The position numbers and the translations under genes are program-made. A stretch of 61,686 nt of DNA, the filler included, from Globobulimina sp. (lineage: Eukaryota), in NCBI GenBank assembly GCA_003354225.1. It is 14 parts of 14 records of this genome, joined end to end, with 100 filler letters (N's around TTAATTAATTAA, not from the genome) between each part and the next. Parts side by side here need not be neighbours in the genome. Positions count along the whole stretch, not along the records: positions 35,330 to 39,641 come from PIVH01001366.1; positions 39,742 to 44,053 come from PIVH01001367.1; positions 44,154 to 48,464 come from PIVH01001368.1; 11 more parts are not named here. One strand, written 5' to 3'. The notes under the pieces are model-generated. The model worked only from the letters and a program-made list of their open reading frames with translations. It was not told the origin of the DNA and ran no database searches. Positions 35,230 through 45,476 of the stretch are shown here, in pieces. Numbering within the stretch: position 1 is the first letter of the stretch; every line of letters starts with the position of its first letter.

Positions 35230-35741
35230 NNNNNNNNNNNNNNNNNNNNNNNNNNNNNNNNNNNNNNNNNNNNTTAATTAATTAANNNNNNNNNNNNNNN
35301 NNNNNNNNNNNNNNNNNNNNNNNNNNNNNTACCCCAATAAAAATCTGACTCTGAAGACCGGATGCTCTTGTTTCATATGTTGGTGATGTTACATCGATAC
35401 GTAAAAGGGGGTTATCTAACCAGTGTGGGGTTAGGTATCAAAAGTCATCGTTAACTTTTTTTCTCTCAGTTAGATAGAGAGCAATGACCTAAACAATGTC
35501 AAAATGCCTAAATCCAAAACAAAACAATGTTAATGTTAAAGACGTAAACAATGTCAGAATGGCTAAATCCAATTGTTCAAGTTCAACATGTTCAGCCATG
35601 ACTCCTTTGGAAACGTCAATAGTTTAGCTAGTGTACATGCATGTATTTGTTCATCGTTATTTGTTCCAAATTAATGTGTATATACTATATACAATTAAGA
35701 CTGATCCAAGTGATCCAACATCAGGCTGCCATTTTGTTGCT

Positions 35742-36908
35742 ATGCAAAGTATCAATAATAAATATTCATTGCAATCTATTTTAAAATGTAAAAATTATAT
35801 GCCGTTAAAACGGCTTTCAAAAACGTTGCAAGGTACTGTGTTTTGAATGACTCTGTAAAAAAATTAACAACGTTTTTGAAAACACAAATTAATTTAGGAT
35901 CAATCTGGAAAGTATCAGCAAATGAAGACAATACCAATAACAATACATTCATTGTCAAAGTAACAGATAAATCATTACATGATCAATCTGTAACATATTA
36001 CAATGGAAATAAAATATACATTCATGAAAACATTGTAAAAGAAATAAATATTTTAAAGTACTTATCTGTTAGAAATCCGCCAAATTCGTTGATCAAATTT
36101 ATAGACTGTTTCTGCGATGATTATAATTATTTTCTTGTAATGGAAGATGGTGGCGATTCTTTGTTCGATTTTACTAAACAATGTCATGAATTTATTAAAA
36201 TGGGTATGATTGATATAATTGAATGGCGTAGATTTTGTAAATTAGCAATGCAACAAATGGTAAATCTATTGGATTGGATGCATAATACGATGAAGTGTTG
36301 TCATTTGGATTTGAGTTTGGAGAACTTTACCATACAAAATATTCATGTTAAAATAATGATGAATGATACCAATAAAAAAATTATATTTTCAAATAATTTC
36401 CAGGTGAAATTGGTAGATTTCGGCCTTGCTGAAGGTATGATACATATTAAATTAATATGATTATATATATCATTTATATGACAGTATTTAAGGTAAAAAC
36501 AGATGGTCACATAGATTTTCGTTGCAATAAACATGTTTGGAAAAGGCAATACCAGGCACCAGAGGTTTATCGTAAAAAACATATATTCAATGCGGCGAGT
36601 GCTGACTGTTGGTCTTTAGCTGTATGCTGCTTTATGATGGTATGTGTGATGTGCTGTGCTGTGCTGTGATGTGTTAATAGTTTATATAATTATTAAAGTG
36701 CTTCGGATGCCAACCATTCCAAAAGCCATCACCCTCTGATGATTGCTTCAAATTGATTATGGATGGAAAGCTTATCAATTTATTGATGAGTTGGGATTTA
36801 ATTCAAAATGCTTCTGTAAATGTGTTAGATTTATTACTTCGATTATTTTGTTTAGAAAAATATCGATTAACAATAAGGCAAATCAAACAGCATAATGCTT
36901 TTAATTAG
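35742..36908 (+). CDS. Non-RD Ser/Thr kinase lacking a canonical Gly loop (introns 35833-35897, 36435-36484, 36640-36698)
   Basis: TLQGSIW, IVK, ENIVKEINIL, HLDLSLEN, DFGLAE, YQAPE and ADCWSL. The spliced last exon ends RLTIRQIKQHNAFN-stop. Confidence 0.88.
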
Positions 36909-37252
36909 TTAATATATTAATAATTTCTTTTCCCGTTTTGTGGTTCGATGAGAAATTGTTTGTTTGTGTGTTTGTGTGATTCTGCGTTTTTTTGTGGAAT
37001 GTTGGGGTGCTTTACATCTGATCTTTGTAAATGTTGAATATAACATTTATCAGAATTGCAATACACTACTTTGTGTGCATCAGATGGGTATATTATGCCT
37101 CTATTTCAAACTACAAATTAACGCCTCTTTTTTTTTAATTTGGAACTTTTTTTCTTTCTTTTTTTTTAATTCATGTAGTAGTCATGTATACAGTATACAT
37201 TTGTTCGTGAAATATTACATCAAGCGAATCAGATAAATGTTTGTGAACTAAA

Positions 37253-39243
37253 TCAGATATATTTTTGACACAACGAAAACAACTCATCCTCTGCCTCAAT
37301 ACTTTGCCATTTGGTATCCACAATTTTTGTTTGATTTTTATAAAAACGTAAAGATTGTATTTGCTCCAAATTAAGATTTACAAACAAAGCATATCCATCA
37401 AACATTTGTGATAATGCATTAAAACATGATTCAATAAAATCATAATTAGCCTCATACACTGAATAAAAGTTACATACAATCAGCACATCTTTGCTTGCAT
37501 TGTTTACAATATCATCAAATAGTCCATCATCAACACCCGCTTCTATGTCAATGATCTGTTTACTATACAAATAATCCATTGTATATTGTCGATATGAATA
37601 ATTTTCTAATTTATTGCATATATTTTCTGCAACAAATGATATATTGTCACAAATTGCATTGCAACCATTATCTGGTTTATATTTTAATTTATTTTCATTA
37701 AAAATAATATTTGCATAACTTATCAATGGCGGCGATTTAGCATCACCTTTTTCTAAACTTCGAATAAATTCTACCAACTTATCATAATTCTCATTATCTT
37801 CCTCATTTACATTATGATCATGCTCACATTTTTCATCACAATGACAGTGTTTTTGTAATTGATTATTTTGTATAAATTCAAATATTTTACGTTGTCCATC
37901 CATATTTTGAATAGAAACTGCTGGATACAATTCTTTTTGCCATACATTATTAAAAGCAATGCCTAAACATGTTCCATTCCGGAAATATTTAATTTGCTTC
38001 AACTCAAAATCTAACAAACAGCCAACAATATCACCTTCATTCCATTCTAAATGCTCATCAACATATTGAACGGGAATAATTCCAAATTTCTTATTCCGAT
38101 GCAAGTCAATCGACCACGAATGGTTATCGTCACCAATTCCGGCACCATTCTCTGAATCTGATACAAAATTATCATCGCCATAACCAATTTGCATTGCTAT
38201 TCCACCGTTTGAATTCATTTCAATCTCAAAATAATATTTATTACCTTTTTCTAAATCAATTCCTCGCAAGAAACAGGTTGCGAATCTATCATTTGATGTG
38301 ATTTTAATTCCATTGGCTACATTTTGCGCAGTTAGAAAACCATCCAATTCCCAACAACTATTATCAATGATAGGCGCAGTCGATATACATTTACAGTCAG
38401 CAAATTGTTTTTACTATAAATTAATGTTACACACTCACCATTCATTATTGATAAACCAATATGTAAATTGCCAAAATAATCAATATTTCCAAAAGCAATA
38501 CCAAGTGATACGCCATTTAAATAGTACTCCATCGAATTATCACTTAAATCCAAACAACATCCTAAAATATCGCCTGCTTTCCACGATAAATTGTGATTAA
38601 TTGCAACATAATTATTCGATTCTGCATCCATGTTATAATGATATAATTTATTATTTTTACAATTAAAAGCAAATGAATACTGATCAAAACCAACATGTTT
38701 CGTCGAATGGGAATCATTTGCAAAGCCAATGTTTATTAAATCATATTTATTCATTGAACATAAAAGCCGTATCTCATAATACCATTTCCCACCAAATGAA
38801 GATAACAAATTGAAGCCACATCGCACAGATAAACCACCACAACTTGCAATGCAATAACATCCATTATTTATTTTCTTACAAACGCCTTCATTCATAAAAA
38901 TTGCCTTTTCCATTGGTTCGTAAAACGCCGTTGTTTTTAATTCAATTTTTTCATCATCTCTTCCATCATTAGTTTGATGTTTGATGTTTTTTTGATGGAT
39001 TTGATATTGGCCAAATAAATTTTGGTTTATAAATTTAATTCTTGCATAAACATTGGAGCTTTTTTTCTTTAATTCGTACTTTCTTGAACTCTCTGCTCTC
39101 ATTGATTTAGGTGTGGCATTTCCGATTATTTCTTGCCATAAACATGCGTTCGAATCAATGATTCTATCAACTAATGATTCAACACTTATGCTTTTATCAA
39201 ATGTTTGGATTAATGAATCTAAGAGAACTGCTGACTGTGTCAT
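37253..39243 (-). CDS. Tandem SPRY-domain protein with a C-terminal degenerate thioredoxin-like fold; apparent frameshift near 38408-38412
   Basis: Two SPRY repeats (GKWYYEI..WKAGDILGCCLD..YYLNGVSLGIAF and NKYYFEI..WNEGDIVGCLLD..YFRNGTCLGIAF..LYPAVS). Adding one A to the A5 run joins the ORFs (YSKKQFADCKCISTAP). Confidence 0.8.
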
Positions 39244-39302
39244 GATTGAAATTAGAAAAACTTAATGTAATATCAAATATCGTTTAAAACTTAATTAATT
39301 AA

Positions 39303-39641
39303 ATGGCAACTCCTTCAGATGTGAAAGAACATGATGCGTTGAGTGACATGCATATGCACAATGAATCACCATTTGATTACCAGGAATACCATGACGACAG
39401 TGAATTAAATATATTTTTACAAAAAGAAGACTTATTATCATTAAAATCAGGATTAAGTCTGTCGCACATTAATTTATCCTATCTAAAACATGTAGAATTA
39501 TCATCATTAAATCAGCTCTGTGATAAATTAAAATTAGAAATAGGCTCAGCAACACGACTACAATTTACTAGGGCTGTTGTAAAGTTACATGATGCGACAT
39601 CACAATCACTTTCCTCCGCTAGGCCAAAAGGATCCGATTAC
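39303..39641 (+). CDS. SAM-like domain protein, 3' partial
   Basis: Helical pattern ELNIFLQKEDL..LSYLKHVELSSLNQLCDKLKL..RLQFTRAVVKL typical of SAM domains. Confidence 0.55.
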
Positions 39642-39918
39642 NNNNNNNNNNNNNNNNNNNNNNNNNNNNNNNNNNNNNNNNNNNNTTAATTAATTAANNN
39701 NNNNNNNNNNNNNNNNNNNNNNNNNNNNNNNNNNNNNNNNNTTTTCTCAGGTATTTTCTGCAGCTAATTTCTTCAGTCTAGTAACCATGGCAATGAATGA
39801 CCATGGCATGCAAGCTTACAGTTACAAAGATTCGTCCATTGCAAATCTCTCACAGGGATCGTTTTCAGGAAACGCGTTCAGGATTTTTACTTTTTATAAT
39901 AACCAAAAGACATTCAAC

Positions 39919-40968
39919 GTGCAAGGATGAGTGTTTGTGGATTTGCTATACTTGTTTTCTTGCATTTTTGACCTTTTCCAAATTATGTATCTATTGCAGT
40001 GGTCCGAAGGTCCGAAAACCTTAGTTTGTGCACTCAGACAAGCGAGAATAACATTGATATTAAATATAAAATCATCCAAAAAATATCATGGTAAATTCCG
40101 AAAATTTGATGTAAATCCCGAAAATTTGATGTAAATTCAGAATATCAGAGAAGTCACAGCCATGCTTGGCAATGGTTTTGTGCCTCGTCGAGCATGTCAG
40201 AGACTCATTGCGCACCGCTGTGTGTAAACACTCATCCTTGCACACTTTATTAAATATTACTTTCATCCCACAAAACAGTGCAAAAATCTTCAAAAGCCAA
40301 TGATTTTATTTGTTTCCACAGATATAATCCAATGAAAAAGTCAGGTATTTTTTGACGAGGTACTTTTTTGAACTCAGGTATCATTCCAACCCTGTTTCCC
40401 TTGCTTTATGCTTCAAAAGACAGTATAAAAAATGCAAATTTTTCAACCGATGAACCAACACTAATATACAACAATAAACCCACAAAAAACCCACCGCTTT
40501 AGGTTCCTTTTTCTCAAAAATATCAGGAAACATTCCAGATCCAATAAATCCATCCTTAACTAAAATCAATGAAATGAATGAAAATTTAAAAACAACAAAA
40601 GTGCAGAAAATCTTAACATTCACACGCATAAACCACTGCCTGATGAGGATGAAAATCAAATGATACAAATTATTGAAATTGATTGGGATGATATAGAAAC
40701 ATATGACACACATAACGATGATATAAAAAATAATAATCTGTGTATTAAAATAAATGCGTTCGGAATTGATAGTGATAGCGACGACGATGATAATGACGCA
40801 AAAATGAGCGAATTTGATGTAAATTCCGAATATTTGATGTAAATTCAGAATATCAGAGAAGTCACAGCCATGCTTGGCAATGGTTTTATGCCTCGTCGAG
40901 CATGTCAGAGACTCAATGCGCCGCTGTGTACATTCACCAAAGCAACCCATAAACACTCATCCTTGCAC
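39919..40968. mobile_element. MITE-like region with 18-bp inverted repeats
   Basis: gtgcaaggatgagtgttt at 39919-39936; its reverse complement aaacactcatccttgcac at 40226-40243 and 40951-40968. No coding capacity. Confidence 0.55.
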
Positions 40969-40980
40969 ACTTTATTAAAT
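40103..40980 (+). repeat. Direct repeat of about 150 bp (40103-40255 and 40811-40980)
   Basis: Near-identical aatttgatgtaaattcagaatatcagagaagtcacagccatgcttggcaatgg...aaacactcatccttgcacactttattaaat. Confidence 0.95.
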
Positions 40981-41378
40981 AGACGAGGCAAATAATTTCT
41001 CAAATCTTCGTGAGGGTTATCCACTTTCTTTTTTCTTAAATAATATCTTGAAAACTGCATTTCTCAGATCCCAATAAAACGGAGACTTGATTCACAATTC
41101 TTGGAGTGGATTTGGAGTCTGAGAAATAAATTGTCTCAATGTTATTGCTGTGCATGAGCAACGGCGTGATGGCTGTAGTTATTTAAGTATTTTGTGTATA
41201 CAGCGGTGTTGCTATGCTCTCGTCACCTTCGCACAAACATATGGAAACGGTCCGGAAAAAAAATAGCACCACATACGAAGTTTTGAATCTGATAAATTCC
41301 ATCAATTTGGCTATGGGATTGATATTGATAGTCACGTTTTGATTTTATTCCATGTCGGAGATAACGCTTTACATTTCA

Positions 41379-42498
41379 GATTTGTCATTGGATATTGTGT
41401 TTCCCAATGGATAACTGTCATTCCGATGAGATTACGATGCAGGAAAAGTAAAATATCAAAGCGCAAAATAATTATTGAAATGGTATCTCCATATAGTATT
41501 TGATTCTTTCCATTCATTTCATTTTGCGCGTAAATCATTTTATTGCTCTCTAATCGGTCAATAATATTACCATTATTTATTTTGTGGTCCTCCTTTTCGT
41601 CTTCCTCTTCCTCTGATGATTCATTGTCGGCGGAATGTGTTTGTTGTGCTGCTTTTATCCATACATCAATATGAAAGGGCACCACAGTTTTATCGCATTT
41701 GAGGCATAATTTATTAATGAAACAGGTGATGTCGTGGGTATATTTCGCGAATATGGTTCAGCCAAATCTTTGGTTTTTTAAATCTCGCAAAAAATGTTTT
41801 AACCGCAGCTGATATTATATTGCTTTTATATTTATCGTTTTTGGTCAAAGAGTGCACTAAATGTGATGTTTGAATCCAGTCAGCAATGGACAAATCGACG
41901 CGTGTTTTGGTTTTATGTGATATTCTGTTTATATAATTTATAATGTTTCTCCATAATTTTAACAACAAACCTGGATTAATGCGCCATACCGCCAATATCT
42001 CACGCCAGGATTTGAACCTGGATTCCATGCATAAAACAGTGCTCTACCAATTGAGCTACATGAGATTTATGCACCAACAAATCACCAACAACAAAATGAA
42101 TATGTTTTGTTGGTATATAGATCTAAAAGCTAATGCTGAGGTGTTCGATAAGATCAGTACCAAAAAAAAAAACCTTTTCGAACAGCAAAAAAAATCAGTA
42201 CTTATCGGAGAGCCCTAATGGAAGTCAATTCAAGCAAACGACGTCTAATCGATCAAAGTCAGTACGTAATCGATCCACATGGCATTTGGAACCGATTTGT
42301 CCATCATTATTACACAACAGTCACTCTACGCTCCTGAAAAATGTCTAAATGATCCAAATAAAATCTAAACAACATCAATACTATATGGAGATACCATTTC
42401 AATAATTATTTTGCGCTTTGGTATTTTACTTTTCCTGCATCGTAATCTCATCGGAATGACAGTTATCCATTGGGAAACACAATATCCAATGACAAATC
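41379..42498. repeat. 122-bp inverted repeat (41379-41500 / 42377-42498) enclosing about 876 bp
   Basis: The arms are reverse complements with one visible mismatch (aatactatatggagataccatttc...ccaatgacaaatc). Confidence 0.93.
41997..42065 (-). tRNA. tRNA-like element / tRNA pseudogene with an aberrant anticodon arm
   Basis: Minus strand reads TCTCATG TAGCTCAATTGGTAGAGC ACTGTTTTATGCATGGAAT CCAGG TTCAAAT CCTGG CGTGAGA. It has a 7-bp acceptor stem, an A-box/D arm and a perfect T arm/B-box; the anticodon plus variable region is 3-4 nt short. Confidence 0.75.
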
Positions 42499-42604
42499 CA
42501 AATGTAAACCATCATCATTCAATCTATGGAGTTTGAGCTTCGTTCTTATTCTAGCTAGTCCACGTGTCTAGTTATTTGTTCTTCATAAATGTTAAGGCCC
42601 AGAG

Positions 42605-43723
42605 TCAATGTTTAATAAACAACAACAAACTGAACACAAACAAGACAAGCACAGAATACAACCAGGCAGATATGCACATCCAAACAGAGATTTGCTGATA
42701 TTCTTGCTTCTCATCTTCCACAAATTGATAAATGACAATCCATTCTAAGAGCAATGTAAACAAGTATAACTTGGCATGAATTGTATTAACCTTACACTGT
42801 TTGACAATTAAATGATAATAGGTTTGATAAAATGCGTCAGTGGCGCCCATTGCAAGGTATGCTACTCTGCACATATTTAGCCAATGATTAGTTGGAATCC
42901 ACAAATATTTTTTAAGCATAAACGCATTATATTCGAATCCAGTAACAACCATTAAAACAAAGAGGATGCTATACCCATAGTTTTGAATATCCTTTTTGTG
43001 TTCAAACTTTAATTTTTTTAATTGTATGGTTTTTGTAACTTTGTTCCATATTTGACCGAATGAAACTGATTTGTATATCATTGACCATTCATACATTTCG
43101 AAATGAAATCTTTTTAAAATGGAGTGACCAATGAGTATTCCCAACAAATTACAGCCAAACACATCCATAAAGACTGAATCATACCAACACTCTGCAAATT
43201 CCGTATGAAATTCATCATTTATTCGTGATGATAAGAACTCCAAAACTTCCCAAAATGCCCCGCACATAAATGTCAAATATCCATTGCGCAGAACAATTGC
43301 ATAAACCATCCAACCGAGAAAGTGTGAAAGTTGGTAAATGTCAAATAATTTGGTTGACACACTTTTGATATCGAAATTATAGATATCGTTACAGTTGATT
43401 GCATGTCCTTTGATCATTGGCAATGGTTTATTCAAAGATTTGTCAAACAATGTGATTAACACTCGCTTGTTTTGAATTGTAGTAATAAATATCATTTGCA
43501 AAAAGAAGGTTATGTACAACAGTGACATTGCAATATGTATTTTCCCGATAATCTTGGTGTGGGACTGAGCAGGTAACGATACCAAAAAATAAAACGCAAT
43601 GATGAACGCCACTGATGATACGAGAGCACTCCATGAAATAACAAAATGTAAGGAGCAGCAATACCAAATGAAGGATCCAATCAATGTCACCTTTGCGACC
43701 AGTGCTGCATCTAACCGTAACAT
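42605..43723 (-). CDS. PTDSS: Phosphatidylserine synthase (base-exchange PSS family)
   Basis: SHFLGW, WEVLE, FAECWYDSVFMDVFGCN and EYNAFMLKKYLWIPTNHWLN..R; multiple TM helices. Confidence 0.92.
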   Translation of the reverse strand: MLRLDAALVAKVTLIGSFIWYCCSLHFVISWSALVSSVAFIIAFYFLVSLPAQSHTKIIGKIHIAMSLLYITFFLQMIFITTIQNKRVLITLFDKSLNKPLPMIKGHAINCNDIYNFDIKSVSTKLFDIYQLSHFLGWMVYAIVLRNGYLTFMCGAFWEVLEFLSSRINDEFHTEFAECWYDSVFMDVFGCNLLGILIGHSILKRFHFEMYEWSMIYKSVSFGQIWNKVTKTIQLKKLKFEHKKDIQNYGYSILFVLMVVTGFEYNAFMLKKYLWIPTNHWLNMCRVAYLAMGATDAFYQTYYHLIVKQCKVNTIHAKLYLFTLLLEWIVIYQFVEDEKQEYQQISVWMCISAWLYSVLVLFVFSLLLFIKH

Positions 43724-44153
43724 AATGAATCAATGAATCTAAGTATAGAACAGTGGTTGGAGTGAATACAATAATAGGATTGCTTATGCGATTATGAAAG
43801 CGCAGCTGAAATTTATTTTCTTTTGACGAAACAATGCATATGCACTGTCATATCCTATGCACACACACACACAAACCTATAAAACTGAAACTTGGTTATA
43901 ACAAGAATTTGTAGATAACAAAACCAAGATGAAATGTAAATATGAAAAATTAATAATAAACAAAAAACAAATGAATACACAAATTGGAATGAAACGCGCA
44001 GCAATAGCAAAAGTAATCAAAATAGATTCCAAACGATACCAAAAGTGCAGTTCNNNNNNNNNNNNNNNNNNNNNNNNNNNNNNNNNNNNNNNNNNNNTTA
44101 ATTAATTAANNNNNNNNNNNNNNNNNNNNNNNNNNNNNNNNNNNNNNNNNNNN

Positions 44154-44844
44154 GTTCTAAATACTGCATAGGACACGGAAACAACTGGTTCGCTCCGGTT
44201 TGATTATTCAACCTGAGCTTATTGGCAGTATTCTGGAGCACTGCGGTCCATTCATCAGCTAAATTCTTGTTGATATTGCTTAATTGCGGCATAATGTCAC
44301 TTAAATAACGAATAAAAATAGCATCAAATATGGAGCCATCCCCAGGATTGCCCGCTGTGCAGCCCTTGGCAGTCCAAATCCGTCCGAAGCCGTCCCTGTT
44401 ATCTGCAGTGTATTGGTTATAACTTTCCTGCAATATGCCAGTTAAGACATCATTATATTTGCCGGAATCAACCAACGACGTTAATATCACGCCTTGGTTA
44501 TAAGTATACACTCCGCCTGACACAGCGCAAGAAGTATAGTCCAAACCATCGCGGATTTGGTGATTGCTTTGAATCATTTTGCTCTGCGTCACAAACCAAG
44601 AGAGTGTGTCGTCAAAGTTATAGCCATATTTGGCGACACAAGTCTGAGTATAATAGGAAGAAAAGGACTTCCTTGCTTTGCTCAAAGCGTCTAAGAATAG
44701 CTCATTTGCTATGGCGTTCTTGTAAGGACAGCCACAATTACATGTCTTGCAGCCACTGTCTGTGTTACACCAAAGAATGCCCAAATTGGAACAGATTCGA
44801 GATGCTGAATTCTTAGAATTTGTATCCATTAGAGTGAAACTCAT
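44154..44844 (-). CDS. Glycoside hydrolase family 76 (alpha-1,6-mannanase-like), partial
   Basis: GILW, YKNAIANELFL, IRDGL, YTYNQGVIL and DGSIFDAIFIRYL. The catalytic DD motif and 5' exon were not found. Confidence 0.8.
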
Positions 44845-45476
44845 TTAATCCATGGATATTTTGCAATTTTTGAGAAGATTTGCGATATCTATTGATTGAG
44901 GAATAACTCTCTGGACAATGATAGATTGGGCCATGAATCCACACTGAATCCAGCAATAAGCCATTCTCATGGATCCCTAATACAGTCTCATGCATAACGG
45001 TCATTATTTGGTGCTGATCTAATACGGCCCAATAAATACCATTCAAAATCAAATGAATTATCCATAATGTCATTAAATCCAATGAAATATCTTTCGAAAT
45101 GCTATATAAATTTGTGTTTCTTGTTTGTAATTCTTTAAATTGTATAAACTCTTGTGTTGCCATGATATTTCTTCATTTCTTAAAGATTTTGCGCAGCAAA
45201 CAACTAAAAAAAGTTACAACTCTTTTGTTATGTTTACATCCTTTCGATATCGTTTCTCAACACAAAGAAATCAAAATGAATCTATAGTTTTGTACATTTA
45301 CAATGATAATCTAGACTTATTGGTATTGTTTATGCAAAGAAAGAGATGAAAGAAAGAATTAAAAATAAAATAAAAGTTATGAAAGAAAGCTTAATAATAC
45401 AACAATAATTCAACAGTAATATTAAACAATAATTCAACAGTAAATAATTCAGAAACAATACAACGAAGCTAGCTCA

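Noticed and set aside
18576-38412. Possible alternative genetic code or programmed frameshifting explaining the broken genes
   Set aside because: TAA, TAG and TGA all terminate conserved genes normally, and most ORF breaks resolve as introns. The remaining indels lie in homopolymers or at contig ends with no shared slippery motif.
40381-40956. 191-aa hydrophobic ORF and neighbouring short ORFs
   Set aside because: They lie in repeat-derived AT-rich DNA, share translated repeat text with ORF 40072-40293, and have no protein motifs.
41997-42065. Ochre-suppressor tRNA (anticodon TTA)
   Set aside because: That reading needs an anticodon stem with only two pairs and the arm is too short; better treated as a pseudo-tRNA or SINE head.
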